Source of the DNA: Terriglobia bacterium | Lineage (GTDB): Bacteria; Acidobacteriota; Terriglobia; 20CM-2-55-15 | DNA length: 64,000 nt | Reading direction: 5' to 3' | Assembly (NCBI GenBank): GCA_965198225.1 | Contig: CBDAOY010000008.1 | Coordinates: 960,001 to 1,024,000, forward strand | Shown here: positions 18,481 through 27,579 of the stretch, piece after piece | How the letters are laid out: the number at the start of each line of letters is the position of its first letter | Numbering within the stretch: the first letter of the stretch is position 1 | Made by a program: the position numbers and the translations under genes | Notes under the pieces: generated by a model | What the model was told of the DNA's origin: nothing | Databases searched by the model: none | What the model saw: the letters and a program-made list of their open reading frames with translations, nothing else

Positions 18481-21063
18481 ATGTTCATATGCAGACGCAC
18501 CATGATTCTAACCCTTGTAATCACGCTGTTGATAGCGGGTCCGGCGACCCTCGAGACGTTCGGCCAGAACGAATCGCCAATCAGCGTGCTGATCCGTACA
18601 GACTCGAACGAGGAGGCCATCCGGGCCGCCATCCAGGCGGTCGGCGGGCACATCACCGGAGAGTACAAGTACCTGGAAGTCATCGCCGCTCAGCCGGAGG
18701 GTTTTGGCGAGGTGGAGTCCCTTGCCGGCCATGGAGCCCTGAAGGTAGACAGCCCGATCACGATGCCGGACACGGTACAGCCCTTCAGCGGGCGCCAGCA
18801 GTTAGCGTCATCGACTGCGGACTTCACGCCTGCCGGAACAGGCCTGGAGGACAACATCCCCGCGACGTTCATGGGAAATATCGGGAAAAAGAGCTCCGTC
18901 AAGAATTTCGCCGAGGACCACGAAGGGTCCTATCTCCTGAATCATGCCAAGAGCAACGTTCGGGAGCTGCACGAGGAGGGCTATACCGGGAAGAATGTCA
19001 TCGTCGCGGTCATCGACAGCGGTCTCCGCCCGGGTTTTGAGCATCTGCTCGAAGACGCGGTGATCGGCTGTGAGGACATGTTGAACCCCAGCGGCATCCC
19101 GGAACCACACTTCGACGATGCCTGTTTGGCTGACGCAAACGCCGGCCACGGAACCTTCGTGGCGGGGCTGATCGCTGGAAACGCGATCTTCCAGTTTGAT
19201 CCCGCCGGCATGTTCCTGCAGTCGGTCGGCATTCACGCGCCGGCGGCGATTTTCTCCGACGACCACTCCGATAAGTCAGAAAAGTCCGGCAAGTCCGGCA
19301 AGTCCTCCAAGTCGAAGAAGTCCGGCAAAGACAATCTCGTGGCGATGATCGGCAGCGCACCGAACGCCAAGATCTACGCCCTGCGCATCTTCGACAACGA
19401 GGCCCTTCGAGGCACCACGGAGGACATAGTCGCCGCGATCGAACGCGTGCTCGAACTCAAGAACGAACAGGGTGTCGACATCGATGTTGTCAACATGAGC
19501 TTTGGCCGGCGGACCTTCAACGCCGGAGGGACCTTTGTCCAGTTGCTGGTCGACACGCTGCTCGATAACGACATCCTACCGGTCGTCGCGGCCGGTAACT
19601 CCGGCCCGTCAGCTGCGACAACAGCCAGTCCGGCAAGCTCGCTCGAAAGTTTGGCGGTTGCGGCCGGCAGCGTCCCTCACCAGGAACGGATCTTTGCGGA
19701 CGTGTTCTTCGGTGATCTTCCGTTTGCCTTTCCGGGCCTGGGGAGTCTATTTCGTCCATTCGACGGGGTTCAGACAGCCAACTTCAGCTCCCGTGGACCG
19801 AACGCGGACGGGCGGCCGGGGCCGGACGTAATCACGGCCGGTTTCGGGCTCTTTGGCCAGGGTCTCTCGGATCCGCTTCAGGATCCGGCAAACGATTGGG
19901 TCAGCCTCGCATTCGGAACCAGCTTCAGCACACCTCTGACCGCAGGTATCGCCGCGGTCCTGCGCGGCAAGTTCAACGGGCGATCGGCACGTCAGGTTCG
20001 CAACGCCATCATCGAGTCCGCCAACGCGGACATCCTCGAAGACGGCTCCACGGCCATGGATCGCGGTCGCGGCTGGGTCGATGCCGAGGAGGCGTTCGAA
20101 CTGCTCGAGGACAACGAGGTTTCCGACCTGACGCCGGTTCCAGCGACGCCAAGCATCTTCGTCAACGACAACCTGGAAACCGCGACGGGTCTCATCGTCC
20201 AGACAGGTGTGGTCACCGAGAGCACTGGATTCCTGCTGCCGGCCCAGCGCCACGAGATTTTCTACGAGATTCCGCCGAACACCGCCGAGGTGACGGTCCG
20301 TATCCACAACGTGGCTGCAGAAAATCCGCCGCCAGGGCAGAATCCGTTCTTCGGCGACAACATCAGGCTGTCGACCCACAGTGCGAAAACGTCGTCGATC
20401 GTCACCGGAGATTACTTCGATCTGAACGCCGCTGCCGGTAGCGTCGCGGCCTTCCTAGGCGCAGGTAGTGACCGGGCCTTCGTTTTGGCGGACAATGATT
20501 TCAGCACGACGTCGGTTCTTTGTACCACCCCACCTCCGGGGCCGCCACCTATCGAGTGTGTGGCATTTGACAATCTTGAACCGGGCGTCCTGCGTATCAC
20601 CGTGAGCGGGGATACCTTGAACCTGGGCAGGATGAGCGCAGACGTGACGATTTCGAGTTCACCGATTGGTCGGCCCGGTCTGACAGCCGACGGAACGGTG
20701 GAACAAGGACCGGCAATCGTAGACTTGAGCGGTTTCCCGGGGCAGGTGTTGGACCTCGGAAACTCCGTCGTCGTCCCGGTCGTGATCCCGGCCGGCCCAG
20801 CGCCGTTTTCACCGTTGGAGATTCGCCTCGAGTGGGACCACGATTGGTCCCGCTACCCGAGCAACGACCTGGATATGTTCGTGGAGGTTCCGGGTTTTGG
20901 AGTGGTTCTGGTCGCTTTTTCGCTCGATTCACCCGAAGTCATCGTTACATTTGCGCCCCCAGGTCCACTTAACATCATCATCTCTGGATTTGAAGTGAAC
21001 ACTCCGGACGATAACTGGCGACTCAGAGTGACCGTGGATGGAGTAGTGATTTCCGGGCCATAG
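18481..21063 (+). CDS. Secreted S8 subtilisin-like serine peptidase with C-terminal extension
   Basis: RBS AAGGAG and signal peptide; catalytic D (VIDSG), H (HGTFVAG), oxyanion N (AAGNSG) and S (GTSFSTP). Confidence 0.92.
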   Translation: MFICRRTMILTLVITLLIAGPATLETFGQNESPISVLIRTDSNEEAIRAAIQAVGGHITGEYKYLEVIAAQPEGFGEVESLAGHGALKVDSPITMPDTVQPFSGRQQLASSTADFTPAGTGLEDNIPATFMGNIGKKSSVKNFAEDHEGSYLLNHAKSNVRELHEEGYTGKNVIVAVIDSGLRPGFEHLLEDAVIGCEDMLNPSGIPEPHFDDACLADANAGHGTFVAGLIAGNAIFQFDPAGMFLQSVGIHAPAAIFSDDHSDKSEKSGKSGKSSKSKKSGKDNLVAMIGSAPNAKIYALRIFDNEALRGTTEDIVAAIERVLELKNEQGVDIDVVNMSFGRRTFNAGGTFVQLLVDTLLDNDILPVVAAGNSGPSAATTASPASSLESLAVAAGSVPHQERIFADVFFGDLPFAFPGLGSLFRPFDGVQTANFSSRGPNADGRPGPDVITAGFGLFGQGLSDPLQDPANDWVSLAFGTSFSTPLTAGIAAVLRGKFNGRSARQVRNAIIESANADILEDGSTAMDRGRGWVDAEEAFELLEDNEVSDLTPVPATPSIFVNDNLETATGLIVQTGVVTESTGFLLPAQRHEIFYEIPPNTAEVTVRIHNVAAENPPPGQNPFFGDNIRLSTHSAKTSSIVTGDYFDLNAAAGSVAAFLGAGSDRAFVLADNDFSTTSVLCTTPPPGPPPIECVAFDNLEPGVLRITVSGDTLNLGRMSADVTISSSPIGRPGLTADGTVEQGPAIVDLSGFPGQVLDLGNSVVVPVVIPAGPAPFSPLEIRLEWDHDWSRYPSNDLDMFVEVPGFGVVLVAFSLDSPEVIVTFAPPGPLNIIISGFEVNTPDDNWRLRVTVDGVVISGP

Positions 21064-21109
21064 AAAGCTACGACGAAACATTTTTTTGACTGCAGAAAAG
21101 CTCACTTCG

Positions 21110-21139
21110 GGTGGTTCTTCGGGACCACCTATTTTTTTT
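21110..21139 (+). terminator. Intrinsic terminator after the subtilase
   Basis: GGTGGTTC-TTCG-GGACCACC stem-loop followed by a T-tract. Confidence 0.8.
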
Positions 21140-21142
21140 GCG

Positions 21143-21844
21143 CTACAGTCCGGTGGCGAAGTCCAGGGCGATCCGGGGAGCATCCGGGTTGTCTTCGTGC
21201 TTGATGAAGGCGTAGACATCGATTCCGTCCGACACCCAACCCCGCAGCCGCTCCTGCCATTCTTCTCGCTCCGCTTCGGAGTAATTCGACTTCCGCAAGC
21301 GCACGTAGGTCTTGTTCGAGGTGAGGCGCAGGGGCGTCGTGTGTTCGTCGGCGTCGTGGATGCACAGGGCCGCCTTGTACCGCTCGAGCAGGGAATAGAC
21401 GTCGTCGGTGAACCAGGACTCGTTCCGAAACTCAAACGCACAAGCCATACTCGAAGGCAGTCCGGAGAGAAACATCTCCAGCCGCTCGAGGTCGCACTTG
21501 AAATTGGGTGGAAGCTGGTAGAGCAGGATGCCGAACCGATCCTCCAGCTGGGGAAGGGTATCGAGCAGGTAATCGAGAGCCTCCGACGGCACCCGCAGGC
21601 GCTCCCAGTGCGTAATCTTCCGTGACGCTTTCATCGCGAAGCGAAAATCCGGATGGGTCTTCTCCTTCCAGCCATCCAGGGTCTTCCGGGTCGGCATGCG
21701 GTAGAAGGTGTAGTCGATTTCAACCGCATCGAACTTCGAGGCGTAATAGTTCAGGAAGTTCTTCTGCGGGATATCTTTCGGGTAGAAAGACGGTTTCCAT
21801 TCTTTGTAACTGAAGCCCGATGTTCCCAGCCAGACCTTCGCCAT
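21143..21844 (-). CDS. DUF72 family protein
   Basis: GTSGFSYKEW...FYP, VEIDYTFY, QLPP and EFRNESW motifs; start MAKVW at 21844. Confidence 0.92.
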   Translation of the reverse strand: MAKVWLGTSGFSYKEWKPSFYPKDIPQKNFLNYYASKFDAVEIDYTFYRMPTRKTLDGWKEKTHPDFRFAMKASRKITHWERLRVPSEALDYLLDTLPQLEDRFGILLYQLPPNFKCDLERLEMFLSGLPSSMACAFEFRNESWFTDDVYSLLERYKAALCIHDADEHTTPLRLTSNKTYVRLRKSNYSEAEREEWQERLRGWVSDGIDVYAFIKHEDNPDAPRIALDFATGL

Positions 21845-21921
21845 CGCGTGCTCGTGACCCCCTTTTCTTGCAACCGGCGATTTCTTTGGGGGATGATACG
21901 CGATCAGCGAAGGGGGACACA

Positions 21922-23511
21922 ATGAAGCGCTTCTGTCTGGTTCTGGTCGTGATCTCGGTTCTGAGTCTGAATGCGGGGGCGCAGGAGGACTTCGACATCG
22001 TCATCCGCGGCGGCCGCGTCGTCGACGGTTCCGGTAACCCGTGGATCCGAGCCGATGTCGGAATTCGCGACGATCGTATCGTGCGCATCGGCGATTTGCG
22101 GCAAGCCACCGCGGAACGATTCATCGAGGCCGACGGCCTGGTCGTCGCTCCGGGCTTCATCGATCCTCACACCCATGCCGTCCGCGGGATCTTCGATGTT
22201 CCCACTGCCGACAGCGCGCTCCTGCAGGGTGTGACAACGTTGATCGAGGGTAACGACGGCAGCTCGCCATACCCGATCGCGGATCATCTCGAGCGCATAC
22301 AGACGGGCGGAATCAGCACGAACTGGGCGCTGTTCGTCGGGCAGGGAACCGTTCGATCTCAGGTCATCGGCGCGGAGGACCGTGCGGCCACGCCTGAGGA
22401 AATGGATCAGATGAAACGGCTGGTTGCCGACGCGATGGAGCAAGGGGCCCTCGGCATCTCGACCGGTCTTTTCTACGTTCCCGGAAGCTTCACGTCCACA
22501 GAAGAAGTCATCGCGCTCTCGAAGGAGGCCGCCCGCTACAAGGGTATGTACATCTCCCACATGCGCGACGAGGTGTCCGGACTGCTCGACTCGGTTCGGG
22601 AAACGATCCGAATCGGGGAAGAGGCCGGTCTACCCGTCCAGATGACCCACCACAAGGTCGTCGGCAAGGATATGTGGGGCGCCAGCGTCGATTCGCTCAG
22701 ACTGGTGGACGAAGCCCGGGCGCGCGGCGTCGACATCACGATGGATCAATACCCGTACACAGCCTCACAGACTGGAATCACGGCGCTCGTGCCGCAGTGG
22801 GCGCAGGAGGGCGGAACCGAGAGGCTGATCGAACGGCTGCAGGATCCGACGACGCGTGAGGATGTTCGTTCCGGGATCGTCGATCGCATTCTCCACGACC
22901 GGGGCGGTGGTGACCCGAAGAATGTCTTCATCTCCTCCTGCACCTGGGACAGATCGTTGGAAGGGAAGAACCTGGCCGAGATCACCACCGCGCGCGGTAT
23001 GGAACCCACACCCGACAATGCCGCTGTAGTCGTGATGGACCTCATAACCGGCGGGGGCGCACGCGCTGTCTACCACGCCATGTCGGAAGAGGACGTCGAG
23101 CGCATCATGCAGCACCCCGCCACGGCCATTGGGTCCGACGGCCCCCTGTCGGTTTTCGGCGAGGGCACTCCACATCCGCGCCAGTACGGAACGTTTGCAC
23201 GGGTGCTCGGTTACTACGTCCGGGAACGGGGCATACTGAGACTCGAAGAAGCGGTCCGGAAGATGACCAGCGCCACGGCTCAACGGCTGGGGATTCGAGA
23301 TCGTGGTCTGCTGCGCGAGGGATACCTCGCCGACGTGACTATCTTCGATGCCGAGGAGATCCGCGACACGGCGACTTTCGAGGAACCCCACCAGTACGCC
23401 GTTGGCGTTCGTTTCGTTATCGTCAATGGGGAAGTCGTCGTAGCGGGGGGGCAGCACACCGGCCTTCGTCCCGGCCGGGTTATTCACGGCCCCGGCTTCT
23501 CGGGAAACTGA
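21922..23511 (+). CDS. N-acyl-D-amino-acid deacylase (D-aminoacylase family amidohydrolase), signal peptide
   Basis: PGFIDPHTH, GISTGLFY, SHMRDE, DQYPY and HPRQYGTF motifs. Confidence 0.9.
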   Translation: MKRFCLVLVVISVLSLNAGAQEDFDIVIRGGRVVDGSGNPWIRADVGIRDDRIVRIGDLRQATAERFIEADGLVVAPGFIDPHTHAVRGIFDVPTADSALLQGVTTLIEGNDGSSPYPIADHLERIQTGGISTNWALFVGQGTVRSQVIGAEDRAATPEEMDQMKRLVADAMEQGALGISTGLFYVPGSFTSTEEVIALSKEAARYKGMYISHMRDEVSGLLDSVRETIRIGEEAGLPVQMTHHKVVGKDMWGASVDSLRLVDEARARGVDITMDQYPYTASQTGITALVPQWAQEGGTERLIERLQDPTTREDVRSGIVDRILHDRGGGDPKNVFISSCTWDRSLEGKNLAEITTARGMEPTPDNAAVVVMDLITGGGARAVYHAMSEEDVERIMQHPATAIGSDGPLSVFGEGTPHPRQYGTFARVLGYYVRERGILRLEEAVRKMTSATAQRLGIRDRGLLREGYLADVTIFDAEEIRDTATFEEPHQYAVGVRFVIVNGEVVVAGGQHTGLRPGRVIHGPGFSGN

Positions 23512-24264
23512 CGCCTCAGAACCTTAACTTCTAGTTCGTAATACAACATATAACTCAAAGTATTAAAGTTACTTACTGGCTTAGAAACAGGCTGCACCGA
23601 TCATTCCTGCCGCAGAATTCTGACCTCGCCGCCAACACACCCTTCGCGCTGAGCTCGGCGTTTTCGTCCGGACCGCCTGAAACCTCGTCTGCACGGCGTT
23701 TCCGGGCCGGGACCCCTACGAAAGGCCCACCCAACGGCACAGTAGGCGCGGCACCTCGCTCTGGAAGCCTATGCTCAAGGGTTTCTGCCGGCAGATCAGC
23801 TGAACCTCAATAAAGACGGGTTTCGGAACGTCTACAACACACGAAACCGGCTTTAATATTGGCCGAAAACACCCCCGACTTTTCAACAAGACACCAACCG
23901 ACCGCATTCGGCGCAAAACGCTACGAACGAGCGTTTTATTGCCACTTAGCCTTGAAAGTCAGACCTTTTCCACACCCTTTTCCACAAGTGCTGTGGAGAG
24001 AACCCTTTTCCAGCACCGCCACCACTGATGTCCGCTTCACACCGAGCCGCTTTTTCCTCCATCCTGGCGTCCGCTTGGGCCACACCTGACACCGAGAAAC
24101 CAAGCCATCGGTCGAAGTTTCCGCCAAAAGCCTAGAGAAAAAGCCCGCCCGTTACTGCCGGGCCTCCCTGACACATAGATCCAATCCACGGTCATGAAGT
24201 ATCACGATCGAGGGGTATTACGGAGAACCAAGCTTTCGGTGAAGTTCCCGCGCCAACGAAGAAG

Positions 24265-24375
24265 AATATTATGTCAAGTAAAGCCCGCCCGTTACGTCTG
24301 GGCGAGCGTGACCGTGGATCAAGCTCTCGCTGATAGAGTAGCGCATTGTCCAGGGGCTTTACTTGACATAATATT
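24265..24375. repeat. 22-bp perfect inverted repeat containing XerD-arm sequence
   Basis: AATATTATGTCAAGTAAAGCCC (24265-24286) and its exact reverse complement (24354-24375), with a 67-nt spacer. Confidence 0.9.
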
Positions 24376-24388
24376 TCTTATCCGACGT
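24361..24388 (-). other. Putative chromosomal dif site (XerC/XerD recombination site)
   Basis: Minus strand reads ACGTCGGATAA-GAAATA-TTATGTCAAGT: 11-6-11 architecture with ATAA/TTAT inner palindrome and a conserved XerD arm, in an AT-rich intergenic region. Confidence 0.82.
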
Positions 24389-24444
24389 TCTTTCCTAACT
24401 CCACCGCCTTGAACAACCTCCTCCCCCGCGAGATAATGCCCGTG

Positions 24445-25473
24445 ATGACAACGCTCTCCCCCAGCTCCGCCGCTACGGACAGGCTAGGCCGCCTGATACG
24501 TGACCTCCGTATATCGGTCACTGATCGCTGCAACTACCGCTGTAACTACTGCATGCCCTATGACGAGTACGTCTGGATCGAGCGCGAGGCGGTTCTCTCT
24601 TTCGAGGAGATCACCCGCCTGGCACGAGTCTTCATCGACCTGGGAGTCGAGAAGATTCGGCTCACCGGAGGCGAACCACTCGTTCGGAACGGTCTCGAGA
24701 CGCTGATCGCGCAACTGAGGAATCTCCCGGGGTTGAAGGATCTGGCCCTGACGACGAACGGGTCGCTGCTCGCCGAAAAGGCGGAATCGCTGAAGTCTGC
24801 GGGCCTGGGGCGGATCAACGTCAGTCTGGATACACTCCGGGAGGATCGATTTCGAGAGCTGACTCAGCGCGGCGAGTTGAATCATGTCCTCGACGGCGTC
24901 CGGGTCGCGAAGGAGGCCGGTCTGGGGCCTATCAAGATCAACGCCGTGGTCATGAAGGGGTTCAACGACGACGAGATCCTGGACCTCGTGGACTACGGTC
25001 GGGACAACGGCCTGGAGATGCGGTTCATCGAGTTCCTGGATGTCGGTAACGCCAACACCTGGAGCCTGGATCGAACCGTACCCAAAGAACGCATCGTCGA
25101 GATCATCCACTCCCGGCATCCGCTCGAGGAGGTCGGACGGGGCGACGACCGCGCTCCGAGTGTCGATTACCGGTACCTCGACGGCAGCGGCAGGGTCGGC
25201 ATCATCGGCTCGCTGACCGAGCCCTTCTGCGCGCGCTGTACCCGCGCCCGCCTCACCGCCGACGGTCGGCTCGTCACCTGTCTCTTTTCAGAGAGTGGCT
25301 TCGATCTGAAGACGCCGCTCCGGGCCGGCAAGGGCGATGCGGAAATCGGCGAGACGATCCGCTCGCTGTGGGCAGAACGAACCGATCGCTATTCCGATCA
25401 ACGCTGGGAAGCAATCCAGTCGGGGACCTACAAGGCCGGTAAGAAGATCGAGATGATCACGCTGGGCGGTTAG
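24445..25473 (+). CDS. moaA: GTP 3',8-cyclase (molybdenum cofactor biosynthesis)
   Basis: LRISVTDRCNYRCNYC, LTGGEP, CARCTRARLTADG...CL and C-terminal GG; start uncertain. Confidence 0.96.
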   Translation: MTTLSPSSAATDRLGRLIRDLRISVTDRCNYRCNYCMPYDEYVWIEREAVLSFEEITRLARVFIDLGVEKIRLTGGEPLVRNGLETLIAQLRNLPGLKDLALTTNGSLLAEKAESLKSAGLGRINVSLDTLREDRFRELTQRGELNHVLDGVRVAKEAGLGPIKINAVVMKGFNDDEILDLVDYGRDNGLEMRFIEFLDVGNANTWSLDRTVPKERIVEIIHSRHPLEEVGRGDDRAPSVDYRYLDGSGRVGIIGSLTEPFCARCTRARLTADGRLVTCLFSESGFDLKTPLRAGKGDAEIGETIRSLWAERTDRYSDQRWEAIQSGTYKAGKKIEMITLGG

Positions 25474-25549
25474 CGGTCCGTGGCTCTCAATTGACCTCCA
25501 ATTCCCCCCAGGAGTATCCTGACTGAAACCAAGAACAGGAGAGGTTCCG

Positions 25550-27544
25550 ATGCGCTTTACGCTTTGCTTGTGCGCGCTGATGCTGTGTTGCGCGATTCCC
25601 GTCGATGCCCAGGACGAAGCTCCGACACCTCCAGGGCCAAAGCCCGAGCGTGTCGACGTCTCTCCACGCCGGACTGAAATCGAGGCCGGAGAGAAGTTGC
25701 AATTCACCGCGACAGGCTTCGACGACGAGGGCGAGGCCATGGACGCGAAACCGACGGCATGGTTCGCCATCCCATTCGATCAGGCCGCTGCCGACATGGA
25801 AGGCAACGTGACGTTCTTCCTCCCCGGGAGCGTACGTGTTGGCGCGCTGATCAACGGTCAGACCGGGTTTGCGACTATCACGGTCTCGCCCCAGGCCGTG
25901 TCGCAGCTCGAGATCTCTTCAACCGAAGGCCCGATAGCAGCCGGAACAGGAATTCTCCTGACGGCGACGGCCCGGACCTCCAACGGAGATCCCCGCACCG
26001 ATGTTCAGATCGAATGGACCTCCGAGTCTCCGGAGATCGCTCGCGTCGATGCCGCCGGGTTCGTCGTCGGCATCGCGCCGGGTCGGGCCGTGCTTCGGGC
26101 CAGCGCGGGAACCGCCAACACGTCCCTCAGCGTCGATGTGATCCCGAACCCGGTCGACGTCCTCAGCGTGACGCCGGCGACGGCCGGGGCCAGGACCGGC
26201 GACGTCATCCGTTTCAGCGCTGCTGCGTTGGACTCCGATGGTCAAACCCTGGAGGCGCCCGTGGTGCGCTGGGCTGTTACGGGCATCGGGGCGATGATCG
26301 AATCCGACGGCGGATTCGTAGCCGAGCGGCCCGGCTCCTATGTCGTCAATGCGACCAGCGGCAACAGGACCGCGGTGGCCACCGTCACGGTGTCTCCCCG
26401 CTTCGCGGAGCGCGAACTGGAGATCGTCGGCCAGACCGAACAGGAGGAATTCCAGAGCGCGGAGCAATGGATCATCGGGAACCACGCGTACCTGTCGTCG
26501 ATGATGGCGGGCAAGTTGTGGGTCTACGACGTTTCGAATCCCGGAAACCCGCTCAAAGTCGATTCCGTTTCCTTCGACGCCCGTGTCATCAACGATGTCA
26601 GTACGACACCCGACGGCAAGATCGGCGTGATCACGCGCGAGGGCGCTTCGGACCGCAAGAACGGAATAGTGTTTCTGGACCTGGATGAACCGGCGCACCC
26701 GGAGGTGCTGTCGGAATACACGGAGACGGTGACGGGTGGGGTTCACAGCGCCTACATCGACGATCACTACGTCTACCTGACCGACGATGCGACCGGTTCC
26801 CTCCGCGTCATCGATTTCGGGGATGCCGGGAATCCGAAGGAAGTAGCACGGTGGGAAGTCGAGAACCCGCTGGTGACGACGATCGAAACGCCGGTCGGCG
26901 AGATGATGGGCGGTCGCATGCTGCACGACGTCCAGGTCGTCGACGGCCTGATATACATGGGCTACTGGCGCGACGGTCTGGTCATCCTCGATGTAGGCGC
27001 AGGCATCGCGGGCGGCAGCCCGGAGAAACCTGAATTCGTGAGCCAGCTCCGTTTCAACTACAACGAGCTCTACGGTCCGGATTGGCTCGCTGGTGCACAC
27101 TCGGTGTTTCGTTACAACGACTATGTCTTCCTCGGTGACGAGGTGTTCCCCGCCCAGTTCAGCCTCAGCTCGAAAGACCGTATTCCGGTCAAAGGCGTGG
27201 TTCACGTCGTCGACGTGTCCGACATCCGAAACCCGCGGAAGGTTGCCGAGTACGCCGTTCCGGAAGCGGGAGCCCACAACATGTGGGTCGAGAACGACGT
27301 GATGTACATGGGTTACTACAACGGAGGCGGAAGAGTCGTGGATGTGTCGGGCGAACTGCGTGGAAACCTCTACCGCCAGGGCCGGGAGATGGCACGTCTG
27401 TGGACGGGTAGCCCGGACGGGTATCGGCCGAACCTGCCTTTCGCCTGGGGCGCCCAGCCTCACAACGGACTGATCTACTTCAACGACACCAACACGGGGA
27501 TCTGGGTCACACGGATCGTCGACCCGCGCGACCGGGAGCCGTAG
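25550..27544 (+). CDS. Secreted Ig-like (Big_2) plus LVIVD-repeat protein
   Basis: Signal peptide, three Ig-like repeats (WTSESPEIARVD), then LVIVD-type repeats (LVILDV, VVDVSD). Confidence 0.82.
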   Translation: MRFTLCLCALMLCCAIPVDAQDEAPTPPGPKPERVDVSPRRTEIEAGEKLQFTATGFDDEGEAMDAKPTAWFAIPFDQAAADMEGNVTFFLPGSVRVGALINGQTGFATITVSPQAVSQLEISSTEGPIAAGTGILLTATARTSNGDPRTDVQIEWTSESPEIARVDAAGFVVGIAPGRAVLRASAGTANTSLSVDVIPNPVDVLSVTPATAGARTGDVIRFSAAALDSDGQTLEAPVVRWAVTGIGAMIESDGGFVAERPGSYVVNATSGNRTAVATVTVSPRFAERELEIVGQTEQEEFQSAEQWIIGNHAYLSSMMAGKLWVYDVSNPGNPLKVDSVSFDARVINDVSTTPDGKIGVITREGASDRKNGIVFLDLDEPAHPEVLSEYTETVTGGVHSAYIDDHYVYLTDDATGSLRVIDFGDAGNPKEVARWEVENPLVTTIETPVGEMMGGRMLHDVQVVDGLIYMGYWRDGLVILDVGAGIAGGSPEKPEFVSQLRFNYNELYGPDWLAGAHSVFRYNDYVFLGDEVFPAQFSLSSKDRIPVKGVVHVVDVSDIRNPRKVAEYAVPEAGAHNMWVENDVMYMGYYNGGGRVVDVSGELRGNLYRQGREMARLWTGSPDGYRPNLPFAWGAQPHNGLIYFNDTNTGIWVTRIVDPRDREP

Positions 27545-27579
27545 CGCTTGAACGCTGATGGCTGATTGCCTACCCGGGC

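Noticed and set aside
23512-24250. Replication origin (AT-rich tract plus DnaA-like boxes)
   Set aside because: Only about three boxes, no origin-linked genes, and a dif-like site adjacent; kept only as a low-interest finding.
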